Virus record (IMG/VR): IMGVR_UViG_3300046507_000667
Location: 124,001 to 188,000 of that record
Length of the DNA: 64,000 nucleotides
Reading direction: 5' to 3' (one strand)
Shown here piece after piece: positions 1-9,770 of this stretch. Under the pieces are notes generated by a model. The model did not search any database and was not told where the DNA came from. It worked only from the letters and a program-made list of their open reading frames with translations. A program made the position numbers and the translations under genes. How positions within the stretch are numbered: position 1 is the stretch's first letter; each line of letters starts with the position of its first letter.

Positions 1-3000
1 TAGCTGTAACGGCACCCTTAATACGCTGCTTAAAGCCCATTGTAAACTTACTAAATCTTGTACCCATTGGTCCAGTATACTGATAGGAACCAATCTTACC
101 ATCTACTACGTAAACATGTAGAGGACGACGACGAGTTAGATTAATAAGTTCTGAATGATTGCTTACATAAACAGCTTCACCACTCTTACCCATTTGGCCA
201 AAATGACCTACACCTAGTACTCTACCAGCTACTCTTGATGCAGTATTAACTACTCCACGTGCAGCAGTTAGACCAAATTTAGCTACAGAAGCAGCTAATT
301 TAAGGAGACCTACAGTAGCATGACCTAAACCCTTTACGAAGGTATTAATTACTGGAACTGCACTCTTAATAAGTGTAGTAGTAATTGATGCTAATCCCTT
401 AGCTAATGGGACAGCTACCTGTGACATAAAGTGTCCAGCAGCTTCAACGATAGATGAAATAGCTTTAGTTGCAGCCTTTAGTAATGAAGTAGCAACTTGA
501 CCTACAGATACAATCGCATGACCTAGAAGTTCAACACCAGCCTTAACTGCTTTACCTAATGCATTGGCAAGAGTAGGAATGATATTTAGAACACCCTTGG
601 TAATACTAATACCTGCTTGGAAAATAGCCTTACCTAATTGCTTAGGAATTTGCCATAGACCCTTTACTACACCACTAATCATACTAGTTGCAGTATTAAG
701 AAGCTTAAATGGAGCCTTAAGAATCCCCATTGTCATATCTTTCATCCAACGAAGTGGATTACTAAAGAATGATGTCTTGCTTCCTGCATATTTAGCTGGT
801 TTACCCTTTAGACGACGTAGAATATTTTCAACTCGTGTATCGAGTCTAGTCATATTTTTACGCATAAAGCCTAGAATGCTACCTGTATTTTGAGCAGTTA
901 GTCGTAGATCTGAACCATTTAGCGGAGTTAATGCTTTACCTGTTCTTGTCTTAGCAGCTTCAGCATGAACCTTTGGAGCAGTTTCTGCTGATAGATTAGC
1001 TACATCTACAGTATTACGATCATTATGCTCATGAATATTGGTACCTACTTGAGCGCCATGTGAAGAATGTGGCTTAAGAACTGTACCATCTTCAGCAATA
1101 TGACCACTTCTTTGTAGAGAAGAGATTTCAGCTGGAGTTACAGTACGTCCTGCAGCAGCCTGAGCAATCTTTACAGCACCTCTAGCACTACCATTAGCTG
1201 TACCTGATGGACCTAAATTAAGGAAGTTAAAGAACTTACCTGACTTATTTAGACCTTCTAGACGTGCTCTTTCAGCAGCACTAAAGTTTCCTCTACCAGA
1301 CTTTAACTGGTTAAACTTCATTGTATCCGTAACTCCCTTTAGGAAGTTAGTAGGAATACGAAGTAGGAATCTAAATACCTTAGAAAGACCATCTGTAAGC
1401 TTCTTAGTTAGACTATTTAGAGGATCAAGGATATTAGTACGTAGAATATCTACTAACTCATCACCAAAAATCTTCCTAAATAGACCTTTACCTACTGTCT
1501 GGAAGCCACCAAATAATGTAGTCTTTAATTGACCCCATTGATACTTAAGTTCTTCACCTAAAACTGAACGGAATTCCTTAAATACTGGACCAAATAATTC
1601 TTTTGCAGTTTCCTTTAATGGTTTGATGAATTTATCTTGAAATCCACCCCATACTGACTTAAGAAACTTGGAACTTTCTTCCTTTAGGTTAGCCATAAAG
1701 CCTTGCTTAGCTGCTTTATCCTGACCAAATAGAAGTTTATTGAAAAATGGTGAAAAAGTCTCACCTAGATTTCTAAAGAATCCATTCTTTCTCTTGTCTC
1801 CACCAAAAAGTAATGCATTTAACGGCTGAACTAGCTTTTCTTGGAATGCTACACTGATAGATTTGAAAAATGATGTCTTGAAAGCTTCCTTTCTAGAACG
1901 ACCACCTTCTTCACCGCCTAAAAGCCAGAACTTAATTGGAGTCATTAGGTTCTTATTTAAAGAATATCCTAATACTTGACCAAAAGTCATTCTCTTAGCA
2001 GATGCACCATTACCACCTAGCATCCATGTCTTTACTGGTAGAAGGACTGATTTCTCAAACCTTTGACCAAAAGCAGACATTAATGATGTATTTTTTAGAG
2101 TTTTTAGGTTTGTATCACTACCTAATAGAACTCTCTTCATTGGAATGAATACTGAACGTTCTAAACGATGTCCAATAGCCTTCCAAATAGTAAAACCTTT
2201 AGCTTTAGCTTCATTACCACCTAGTAAAGCCTTCTTTAATGGCATTAAAAGAGTACGATCAAATGCTAAACCAATTGATTTAAGAATCGGGGTATTAATT
2301 GCATCTTTTACTGATGTACCTTTACCTAGAAGAGCCATTTTTAGTGGCACTAGGATAGAACGATCGAATCTAAATTGTAAAGTCTGTAGAAAACTATACT
2401 CTCCTGCTCTGCCTTTAGCTTTTTTACCTAAAATTACTTCTTTTAAAGGCATTACAATAGATTTATCAAATCGAAACTTGATAGCATCTACTAGAGTCAT
2501 ATTCTTGTCATTAGTACCTACAGCAGATCCATTAACTGAGTTAACACCTGCACCACCTAGATGAGAAAGACCACGTTTTCCACTGTTTCTACCTGTAAGT
2601 AGCCCAATTAATGGTCCTGAGATCTTATCATGGAAAGCGTCAACGAAACTGGTACCAAAGTTACCTAGTGCGTCAGCAAACTTACCTACAAAACCACCAT
2701 TTCCACCACCGGGAATATTTACATGAGCACCTTGTGCAGATCCATCAGCATTTCTGCCAAAAAGATCCATAATTTGTGTCTTATTGACCTTACCGCCTTT
2801 AATATTTCTCCAAAGCCCGCCTAAACCACCTGCTCTTTGATTCTGTTCAGCACGTAGTGCATCAATTCTATTACGACGACGATTACGTAGTGGAGAATCA
2901 ATACCTTCTTCAGAAGTTAAACCTGGAGTCATACCCATTAGGATGGCAGAATGCTCTTCAGCAGAGCCTAGCTTATCACTAATTGACTTCATTTCATTCA

Positions 3001-4531
3001 AACGTGTATACTTATTACCATAAAATGCACGTTTTAGATCAGAAAGTCCACCTGTGCCTGCTTCTTTCTTAATTTGCTCCCATGCCGCCTGAACCATAGG
3101 ATCATGGTGACGAATATTCTCAAATTTAATCTTGTGAGAATCTTTTCTTAATGAAAGCTTAAGAAGGTGGTCACGCATTGCTTCACGTTGAGCAGTACTT
3201 AGACGTGAATTGACTTTATCATTGTAATTTAAGAACTGTAGCTCACGGCCAATACCACCATGATAGTTACCTTTATTAATTTCATCTACTTTACCAGTTA
3301 AACCAGCATATCCTTTCTTATCTGTAGTAAAACGACCTTTTTCATAATCATAAACTTCATGATGATCAGTCTTACTTACAGCTTTAAGGATCTTAGAAAG
3401 ATACATTGGAATGACATCAACGATAGCTTTTCGTGTCTTACCATCGAAGTCAACTGCTCCATCATGGTATCCACCTAACTTAACGTTAGATTGTCCTTCT
3501 CGATCAATCTTTAATAGATTGCCAATGCTTCTAAGTAAAGTATCTTTGAATCCTGAGCCTACTTTCTTAGACCAATTCTCAAAAGTTCCTTGTGCTCTAT
3601 AGGCTAATGAATTAAAAGTTGACTTAATAGTATCAATAGTGCCAGCAAACATCTTGGTTACGGCAGTAGAGATACCAAACTTTACAATCATGCCTAGAGG
3701 ATCTTGAGAAACTTCCTTAAAAAATCCTTTAAGTGGTGAAATCTCACCAAAAAGCATCTCAAAATTACCTTCAGTAAGCTTTTTAGCAATACGAGAAGGA
3801 TCAAAGAGCTTATCTTGGAAAGAAGATTCATTAGGATCTTTCTTAGCCCTAGCATCACGCTTATTCTTGAGGTCTATTAGGTGTTCCTGTAGAGGATCCA
3901 TAATTTCTTCAATTCTACTGGATAAACTGACGCCTACTTTAAGGGCATCTAGTGTATCTCTATAGAATGCAGAAGTCTGTTCCTCATGGAATCTACCAAT
4001 AGCTTCTAAGTGTCGATCAATAGAGGGTAAAGTTTCTCCAAGAATATTAGCCATTTGAGCATTTACTGCAATACCATAGCTCATTTTCTCAGAAATTATA
4101 GCTTCACCCTTAGTAAAGCCACCCTGTTTCTTGAGTTGCTTAGCTATTGGATTATCTACAATAATATTATTGACAACATTATGGTTTAATGTATCATGAC
4201 TATCGGCAGACATGGAAAAACTACTTCCATCTGTATCAAAGTCAAAATCCATCTTACCTAGCATGTCATCCATGCGGTCGTCTTCAGTAGTACCGAATTT
4301 ACCAGTCTTAAGTTGTTTATTAAGGTTCTTTGCCATAGCACTGAACCCTTCGAAACCACTGGTAGTATCTTTTATCTGCTTACTAGCTTTCTTAAAAATG
4401 TCTTTAGCATCATCTTGACGCTGCTTAAATTCACTCCATGCTGAAGTTTCATTAGGAAAAACTGATCTTCCTACTTCAGGGAGAGTCTTCTCCATGAGTG
4501 AATTAGCTAAACTTTTAAGGTACTTTGCCAT
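1..4531 (-). CDS. Very large virion protein, phiKZ gp181/tape-measure-like (3' end runs off the window)
   Basis: Not in ORF track. Segments I translated (MAKYLKSLANSLMEK..., FDGKTRKAIVDVIPMYLSKIL, ~34-aa helical repeats) read as protein; continuity of the whole frame was not checked codon by codon. Late promoter at 4559-4570. Confidence 0.75.
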   Translation of the reverse strand, partial: MAKYLKSLANSLMEKTLPEVGRSVFPNETSAWSEFKQRQDDAKDIFKKASKQIKDTTSGFEGFSAMAKNLNKQLKTGKFGTTEDDRMDDMLGKMDFDFDTDGSSFSMSADSHDTLNHNVVNNIIVDNPIAKQLKKQGGFTKGEAIISEKMSYGIAVNAQMANILGETLPSIDRHLEAIGRFHEEQTSAFYRDTLDALKVGVSLSSRIEEIMDPLQEHLIDLKNKRDARAKKDPNESSFQDKLFDPSRIAKKLTEGNFEMLFGEISPLKGFFKEVSQDPLGMIVKFGISTAVTKMFAGTIDTIKSTFNSLAYRAQGTFENWSKKVGSGFKDTLLRSIGNLLKIDREGQSNVKLGGYHDGAVDFDGKTRKAIVDVIPMYLSKILKAVSKTDHHEVYDYEKGRFTTDKKGYAGLTGKVDEINKGNYHGGIGRELQFLNYNDKVNSRLSTAQREAMRDHLLKLSLRKDSHKIKFENIRHHDPMVQAAWEQIKKEAGTGGLSDLKRAFYGNKYTRLNEMKSISDKLGSAEEHSAILMGMTPGLTSEEGIDSPLRNRRRNRIDALRAEQNQRAGGLGGLWRNIKGGKVNKTQIMDLFGRNADGSAQGAHVNIPGGGNGGFVGKFADALGNFGTSFVDAFHDKISGPLIGLLTGRNSGKRGLSHLGGAGVNSVNGSAVGTNDKNMTLVDAIKFRFDKSIVMPLKEVILGKKAKGRAGEYSFLQTLQFRFDRSILVPLKMALLGKGTSVKDAINTPILKSIGLAFDRTLLMPLKKALLGGNEAKAKGFTIWKAIGHRLERSVFIPMKRVLLGSDTNLKTLKNTSLMSAFGQRFEKSVLLPVKTWMLGGNGASAKRMTFGQVLGYSLNKNLMTPIKFWLLGGEEGGRSRKEAFKTSFFKSISVAFQEKLVQPLNALLFGGDKRKNGFFRNLGETFSPFFNKLLFGQDKAAKQGFMANLKEESSKFLKSVWGGFQDKFIKPLKETAKELFGPVFKEFRSVLGEELKYQWGQLKTTLFGGFQTVGKGLFRKIFGDELVDILRTNILDPLNSLTKKLTDGLSKVFRFLLRIPTNFLKGVTDTMKFNQLKSGRGNFSAAERARLEGLNKSGKFFNFLNLGPSGTANGSARGAVKIAQAAAGRTVTPAEISSLQRSGHIAEDGTVLKPHSSHGAQVGTNIHEHNDRNTVDVANLSAETAPKVHAEAAKTRTGKALTPLNGSDLRLTAQNTGSILGFMRKNMTRLDTRVENILRRLKGKPAKYAGSKTSFFSNPLRWMKDMTMGILKAPFKLLNTATSMISGVVKGLWQIPKQLGKAIFQAGISITKGVLNIIPTLANALGKAVKAGVELLGHAIVSVGQVATSLLKAATKAISSIVEAAGHFMSQVAVPLAKGLASITTTLIKSAVPVINTFVKGLGHATVGLLKLAASVAKFGLTAARGVVNTASRVAGRVLGVGHFGQMGKSGEAVYVSNHSELINLTRRRPLHVYVVDGKIGSYQYTGPMGTRFSKFTMGFKQRIKGAVTA

Positions 4532-4558
4532 AATAGTCTCGCCTTCTTGTTAAAAATC

Positions 4559-4570
4559 TATAATTCTGTT
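4559..4570 (-). promoter_or_regulatory. Late promoter AACA-N6-TA
   Basis: AACAGAATTATA, 28 nt upstream of ATG 4531. Confidence 0.65.
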
Positions 4571-4574
4571 ATGT

Positions 4575-4586
4575 AACATGAAAATA
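4575..4586 (+). promoter_or_regulatory. Late promoter AACA-N6-TA
   Basis: AACATGAAAATA, divergent partner of 4559-4570. Confidence 0.65.
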
Positions 4587-4615
4587 GTCAAGAATTTTCT
4601 ATAAGGAACCTAAAC

Positions 4616-5995
4616 GTGGTTACTTTAACTGATTTAAGCAAGAGAATTATTATCTCTGATAGTGTATCACAAACTACTGATACAATACTGGATTCTACTA
4701 GTCCTCCACACTTAAGACTAAATACAGACATCCTAGCACAGATTTCCACTACCCTATATGGTAAACAAGAGCTAATTGCTGAATCAATGGCTCTATCTAA
4801 GTATATGGCTCAAACTCTAAGAGAAGGGTTAGCAGATACTAACTACCATTTACAAGAAACTTTAGATGCCATTAATACCTTTAATGGGAAGACAGATATT
4901 CCATCGATTAATCTGTCTACTGTAGCTTCTCCATCAGTAATGTCAATGATGAGCTTTTTACCTACTACTGGTGTAGCTCCCGGCATTTCTGGTTATGTAA
5001 ATAATATAGTTGGATCAGCTTCTTCAGGTTTAGATAGAGCGGGTAATAGTATCATGGGAATGGCTTCTAAATTCTCACCTGATGCTTTACTTTCAAATCC
5101 ATTAGGTGCAATAGCTTCATTAGCTAAACTCTTACTTTGTCCTGAAAGAACTTTCCTTTCCGACATTACAAATGCTTTTAATAGTATTGCTTCAGGTTAC
5201 AATAATTTCAACCCTAGCAGTTTACTAAATACAGCTATGGGAGATCTATCTCAGTTCCTAAATAATTACGTACCGGGATTCTCTCCTTTAATGAGCTTCG
5301 TATCACTCCTTTCCAGATATCTAAAGACTGGAGGATCAGATATTGATTCAGCTATGTCAATGGTTGATCAGATTCTTAATGGTAATCAACTTGATCGCTC
5401 ATACTTACTGAATATTTCTCAGTTACAAGCATTAAAAGATCAGTTATCACCATCTAGCCCATATTATCAGTCTTCTACATCGAAGATTACTACTCCATTA
5501 GCCTTACCACAGGCTATAGATAGAACTAGGTGTTCAGAGCTAGCTAAAGTCATTAAACAACTCTTAGACACCTATAGAGCAGATAATAGATTTGAAGATG
5601 TACAGCTAAGAACCGACCTACTTTCTTCTATTAAGGATCCTGTACTAGCTAACAAAGTATCTAAATATATGGATGCTTCAGTTAAATGGTCACAAGATCA
5701 AAAGAAAAAAGACTTGGTAGATTCTATGGGTTATCAGAATACTACAGCCTTAAACTCAGCCCTAGCTGTATCGATGGTAAATGCTCAGACCATCAATAAT
5801 ACTAAGCAGGAACTAAAAGCTGTGAATGGTGATCCCGATAAACTATCTGTAGCTCAGGTTAACGCTAATAATAACTTACCCTACATACAGACAGTTAACA
5901 ATCAATCCATTCAAGATCTAAAATCATTCGAAGAGGGTATCGATTCAATAACTCGTACAGCTAATGTCTACAATATGAGCAAAGTATACGTTTAA
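4616..5995 (+). CDS. Hypothetical protein, probably virion-associated
   Basis: 459-aa ORF, AAGGA RBS, preceded by late promoter motif. Confidence 0.7.
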   Translation: MVTLTDLSKRIIISDSVSQTTDTILDSTSPPHLRLNTDILAQISTTLYGKQELIAESMALSKYMAQTLREGLADTNYHLQETLDAINTFNGKTDIPSINLSTVASPSVMSMMSFLPTTGVAPGISGYVNNIVGSASSGLDRAGNSIMGMASKFSPDALLSNPLGAIASLAKLLLCPERTFLSDITNAFNSIASGYNNFNPSSLLNTAMGDLSQFLNNYVPGFSPLMSFVSLLSRYLKTGGSDIDSAMSMVDQILNGNQLDRSYLLNISQLQALKDQLSPSSPYYQSSTSKITTPLALPQAIDRTRCSELAKVIKQLLDTYRADNRFEDVQLRTDLLSSIKDPVLANKVSKYMDASVKWSQDQKKKDLVDSMGYQNTTALNSALAVSMVNAQTINNTKQELKAVNGDPDKLSVAQVNANNNLPYIQTVNNQSIQDLKSFEEGIDSITRTANVYNMSKVYV

Positions 5996-6027
5996 TATTT
6001 TCACCATATAAATATCAAAACTACATT

Positions 6028-6349
6028 TTTAAAACCCTAGGGAGAAAAATCGTGATTTAATATTTTAATAGTACACTCACTATCACAAACTCAACTCCTT
6101 CAGATTTCCACTATGAGTAAGTCTCTCATATTTTCCGTAACCTAATAATGAAATATAAGCTAGAATCGCATCTATCCAGTTTAAAACCCTAGGGAGAAAA
6201 TTAGGTAGATATATTTCAATAGAGAAATTTTCTTGGGAAGGTAAGTCCTTGGGAAAACGTATAATCTGAAAGGTTGAGTAAAATATATTGTGGGTAATTT
6301 TATGCTATAAAAATATCGAATTTGATTTTTTAAAACCCTAGGGAGAAAA
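6028..6349. repeat. Three perfect 21-bp direct repeats TTTAAAACCCTAGGGAGAAAA (candidate iterons)
   Basis: Copies at 6028-6048, 6180-6200 and 6329-6349 in a 450-bp intergenic region; palindromic CCCTAGGG core. Confidence 0.85.
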
Positions 6350-6448
6350 ATAGGAGAATGATATTTTAATGGGAAATTGTATAGAATTAGTTTAATAGAG
6401 ATTTTGAATTAGAAACTTTTTACTGAAACTTCAAGGGAAAAATATATT

Positions 6449-7231
6449 GTGAAATATGATTTAGATACTTACACAACTCTATATTTAAATAAGAACTACC
6501 TAAAATATGACCAACTCCGTGACTTTTATTACAGTTTACGAGGTCAGACCTATCCTCTCGTTATTTCTATAGTAACAGATCTTTTCAGTAAACTTGGTTA
6601 CACTAACCTAAATTCCATCTTTTATCCTGACTCTCTAACTGAGCTCCAATCCAATAATCTATTAGATAAAAACTTCTTTGATGGATTATTTGAACAGCGA
6701 CTTGATGGTTTTATTGTAAATATTCCAAATAACTTTATTTCACCATTACTTTCAGGTAACTATTTACTAAGTGATCTTCTTACTTTAGACTCATCTAGTG
6801 AGTATGGTTTTATACTGAGTAGAAAGAATGACTTTGTGAGAGAAATAGCTAAGTCTCTAAGTGGTAATTCTAGTTTATTTAAGGATTACTGTAGTAGGCT
6901 GTATGCTAATCTCGTGGTCTCGAATAAGATTGATACTGACGTTTTGATTTTTATACTTTATTCTTTCCTGAGTGAGTGTAAGGAATCAACTAGGGATATT
7001 GAGATTATTCGTAGTATGTATAAAGGGTATTTGGATAGGTTTAGCTGGAGAGTGTTATCTGAATTGAAGTTTATTGGGATGACGCTAGATAACGTAGATA
7101 GTGACATTAAAATCATTAGTAGGTTTAGCTTGATGTCTATTACTAATCAGGGTAAATGGGTTAGGTTTCTTAGTGATCTAAGGGGTAGTGGAAAGATGAC
7201 TGACCTAGTTGATATGCTTGATATACTTTGA
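6449..7231 (+). CDS. Hypothetical protein
   Basis: 260-aa ORF, GTG start with AAGGG upstream; no motif recognised. Confidence 0.65.
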   Translation: MKYDLDTYTTLYLNKNYLKYDQLRDFYYSLRGQTYPLVISIVTDLFSKLGYTNLNSIFYPDSLTELQSNNLLDKNFFDGLFEQRLDGFIVNIPNNFISPLLSGNYLLSDLLTLDSSSEYGFILSRKNDFVREIAKSLSGNSSLFKDYCSRLYANLVVSNKIDTDVLIFILYSFLSECKESTRDIEIIRSMYKGYLDRFSWRVLSELKFIGMTLDNVDSDIKIISRFSLMSITNQGKWVRFLSDLRGSGKMTDLVDMLDIL

Positions 7232-7246
7232 TGATAGCTAGTGTAA

Positions 7247-7258
7247 AACATTGAAATA
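7247..7258 (+). promoter_or_regulatory. Late promoter AACA-N6-TA
   Basis: AACATTGAAATA upstream of the protease transcription unit. Confidence 0.6.
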
Positions 7259-7280
7259 ATTGTCATTTACTTTGAGGGAA

Positions 7281-7349
7281 ATGAAAATGAAAGATCTGTG
7301 GCCGATTCATAGTGAAGGGACTGGTTTATTTGAGGGCTGGGATCTATAA
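7281..7349 (+). CDS. Putative 22-aa micro-ORF MKMKDLWPIHSEGTGLFEGWDL
   Basis: GAGG RBS directly downstream of the late promoter. Confidence 0.35.
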   Translation: MKMKDLWPIHSEGTGLFEGWDL

Positions 7350-7398
7350 TGGATATTAGATCTCTAGATAAGCTACCAAAGGCTTAAAGGAATATAAA

Positions 7399-8205
7399 AT
7401 GGAAGAGAAAGTTATTGGTAGGATTTTCCTAGAGAGTCCTACTTTAGTTGAAGAAGATCTTAGGTCTATTAAGCGTATTAGTAGCACTAAGGTTGTAATG
7501 GAAGCTGTTCTTCAAGACGTTGATACTCTTAATCGTAATAAGCGAGTGTATCCTAAAAAGGTTATTGAAGAAGCACTTAAGCATCCATTCGTAGTAGAGA
7601 AGCTTAAAACTAAGAGCCTTCTTGGTGAATCTAACCATCCACCTCCCGGTTCTTCTATCCAACGTCAAATGAACGTTGATATGAATAACGTTTCACACGT
7701 AATCAAAGAAGTTTATTGGGATCCTAAGAATCCTAAAATCCTTCTAGGTCGTGTTGAGACAGCTGGTACCCAGATTGGTAAGAACCTTGCTGGTCTTATC
7801 CTTGAGAATGGTATGCAATGCTCATTCTCTATGCGTGGTGCTGGTGACGTTGTTCAAAAGAAGACTCACGTAGAAGTAAAAAGTCCTATGCGTCTTATTA
7901 CATGGGACAATGTGCATTATCCTAGCCATCAAACAGCTTATATGCGTTCGATTATCAATGAAGCCACTACTGAAGTAGCGGTTACTACTGATAAATTGGC
8001 CGAATATATTGCAAAAGAGTCTAGCAATGTACAGACTTTACAAGAAAGTATTCTCTGTTTCGATACTTCAGCTTTCAATTACAAAATTGATGATGGTAAA
8101 GTATTGATTCAAGAAGCTGGTACTGGTCGTAACCTAGGTTTTGCTTTAATGGAAGCTAAGCTCAAGGATGAATTTGAAGACGCAATGCGTTCATTCAATT
8201 TCTAA
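7399..8205 (+). CDS. Prohead maturation protease (T4 gp21-like)
   Basis: NRNKRVYP, GESNHP, NVSHVI, SFSMRGAG and WDNVHYPS motifs. Confidence 0.9.
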   Translation: MEEKVIGRIFLESPTLVEEDLRSIKRISSTKVVMEAVLQDVDTLNRNKRVYPKKVIEEALKHPFVVEKLKTKSLLGESNHPPPGSSIQRQMNVDMNNVSHVIKEVYWDPKNPKILLGRVETAGTQIGKNLAGLILENGMQCSFSMRGAGDVVQKKTHVEVKSPMRLITWDNVHYPSHQTAYMRSIINEATTEVAVTTDKLAEYIAKESSNVQTLQESILCFDTSAFNYKIDDGKVLIQEAGTGRNLGFALMEAKLKDEFEDAMRSFNF

Positions 8206-8225
8206 AAAAAAAAATGATGTAAATG

Positions 8226-8263
8226 AACTCCCTATACCTTTCGTAATGAAGGGTATAGGGGTT
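8226..8263. terminator. CCC(T/C)ATAC-family hairpin, bidirectional terminator
   Basis: CCCTATACC/GGTATAGGG stem between convergent genes. Confidence 0.75.
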
Positions 8264-8277
8264 TTAATTTAGAAGAA

Positions 8278-8637
8278 TTATTGATATAAATTTACTTTAA
8301 TACGATTTTTTGCATAATGCGCAAGTTCTCTTTCCTTCCAACCTTCTTTATAGTCTCGATTACAATATTCTTCAATGATTGGAATAGTCAATACTTTTTC
8401 ATCCATGATCTTACTAATACCATATTCACAGATTTGAATCTTTCTTTCTATACGACGAGCAGCGGCAAGTGCTGCATTTTCTGCATTACGACCTTCATAT
8501 TCTTCAAATTTGCCTGTAACAACACATTCAAAGATATCAATCGCAAGACTACTAAGAGTAACCTCACATACTCGCCATACTATTTCATTATTTTTCTTTT
8601 TAAAAGGGAAATAGGTAATTAAGTTATCAGCCGACAT
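8278..8637 (-). CDS. Hypothetical early protein
   Basis: 119 aa, AAGGA RBS, own early promoter. Confidence 0.7.
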   Translation of the reverse strand: MSADNLITYFPFKKKNNEIVWRVCEVTLSSLAIDIFECVVTGKFEEYEGRNAENAALAAARRIERKIQICEYGISKIMDEKVLTIPIIEEYCNRDYKEGWKERELAHYAKNRIKVNLYQ

Positions 8638-8679
8638 AATCTTTTCCTTTAAATATTAGAAGAATTATTAATTTCAATA

Positions 8680-8695
8680 CAATCGAATAATATAT
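8680..8695 (-). promoter_or_regulatory. Early promoter ATATATTAT-N5-TG
   Basis: ATATATTAT tcgat TG. Confidence 0.75.
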
Positions 8696-8720
8696 CAATA
8701 AAAAATGAAGTAATACGATA

Positions 8721-8753
8721 ATTCCTATATCCCTCTATGAAGGATATAGGAGT
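8721..8753. terminator. CCC(T/C)ATAC-family hairpin
   Basis: TCCTATATCC/GGATATAGGA stem just after the stop at 8758. Confidence 0.7.
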
Positions 8754-8757
8754 TTAC

Positions 8758-9090
8758 TCACCAATAAGTAGGATCATTTTCAACTACAATTGATCTCATT
8801 ATTGGCTTGACTATCTCTTGTTTAGGTGCAAAGACACCTTCACTGAAAAGATAATCAAGTATCATTCGATAGCCATCTTCTTCATATACATTACTGTATC
8901 CGTCAAACATGGCATGAAGATTTGTATTGGATTCAAGCTTCCAATACTCGAAATCACCATCAAAGCCAACTTGCTTTTTAGTAATCCCATGATTAATGCA
9001 AAATTCTTCAACAGATTGAGATACTTTAATGAAATAAATTCCCCGTTCATTACAGTACTCTTTTGCTGACAATGCATTTTCAAGACACAT
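8758..9090 (-). CDS. Hypothetical early protein
   Basis: 110 aa, between hairpin and early promoter. Confidence 0.7.
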   Translation of the reverse strand: MCLENALSAKEYCNERGIYFIKVSQSVEEFCINHGITKKQVGFDGDFEYWKLESNTNLHAMFDGYSNVYEEDGYRMILDYLFSEGVFAPKQEIVKPIMRSIVVENDPTYW

Positions 9091-9128
9091 TATATTTTCT
9101 CTTGTGCTAGAAGGTTATTATTGCTATT

Positions 9129-9144
9129 CACTCAAATAATATAT
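9129..9144 (-). promoter_or_regulatory. Early promoter ATATATTAT-N5-TG
   Basis: ATATATTAT ttgag TG. Confidence 0.75.
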
Positions 9145-9168
9145 CATTAAAAAATAAAGTGATACGAT

Positions 9169-9205
9169 AAACTCCCTATACCTTCCGAAGAAGATATAGG
9201 GGTTT
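9169..9205. terminator. CCC(T/C)ATAC-family hairpin
   Basis: CCCTATACCTTC/GAAGATATAGGG stem. Confidence 0.7.
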
Positions 9206-9243
9206 ATTCTTTACCACGCTCTCAGGTCTACCACGTCCTACCC

Positions 9244-9648
9244 TTACAGGTGATAGCCATTGATTAATAGGCGTTCACCAATTTCGAATAGTGTTTCATG
9301 ATTATCATCATAGACCGAATAAATCTTTTGACGGAGTTTGCCATTTGCTAAAGCATAGACATACTCATCACCAACCCATTGTTGGAGTTCGGTATCATAG
9401 CGAATATCCATGCGGAACTTAATGTCCACATCATTCTTTTCAAGACGAAAAGTTGCTTTGCTGGTGAAAGGTGCAAGAATCGTTTCATTCTTAACAGAAA
9501 TCAAATCATTTGCCCAAGTCATCAGGTCAGAAATAAATTCTGCTTTTTGTGAAGAATGTCGATCTTCTTCTTTGACTTTCTTTAGAAGACTTTCAGTAAT
9601 CTTAACGAAATCTACACCAAAACCCGGTTGTACTTGATCAGTACTCAT
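9244..9648 (-). CDS. Hypothetical early protein
   Basis: 134 aa, GAGGA RBS. Confidence 0.7.
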   Translation of the reverse strand: MSTDQVQPGFGVDFVKITESLLKKVKEEDRHSSQKAEFISDLMTWANDLISVKNETILAPFTSKATFRLEKNDVDIKFRMDIRYDTELQQWVGDEYVYALANGKLRQKIYSVYDDNHETLFEIGERLLINGYHL

Positions 9649-9687
9649 TTCTTTTCCTCTTTAATTAAAGATTTATGTAATACTTGT

Positions 9688-9703
9688 CAATGGTATAATA
9701 TAT
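9688..9703 (-). promoter_or_regulatory. Early promoter ATATATTAT-N5-TG
   Basis: ATATATTAT accat TG. Confidence 0.75.
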
Positions 9704-9730
9704 CACCAAAAAATAAAGAGATACGCTATA

Positions 9731-9760
9731 CCCCATACCTCCATCAAGGAAGGTATGGGG
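9731..9760. terminator. CCC(T/C)ATAC-family hairpin
   Basis: CCCCATACCT/AGGTATGGGG stem. Confidence 0.7.
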
Positions 9761-9770
9761 ATAATATAAG

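Noticed and set aside
564-4418. Plus-strand track ORFs 564, 2145, 3411 and 4212, and similar short antisense ORFs throughout
   Set aside because: They are shadows of long opposite-strand genes and lack convincing RBSs.
6028-6349. Mini CRISPR array
   Set aside because: Spacers of ~130 bp are far too long, there are only three repeats, and no cas genes are in the window.
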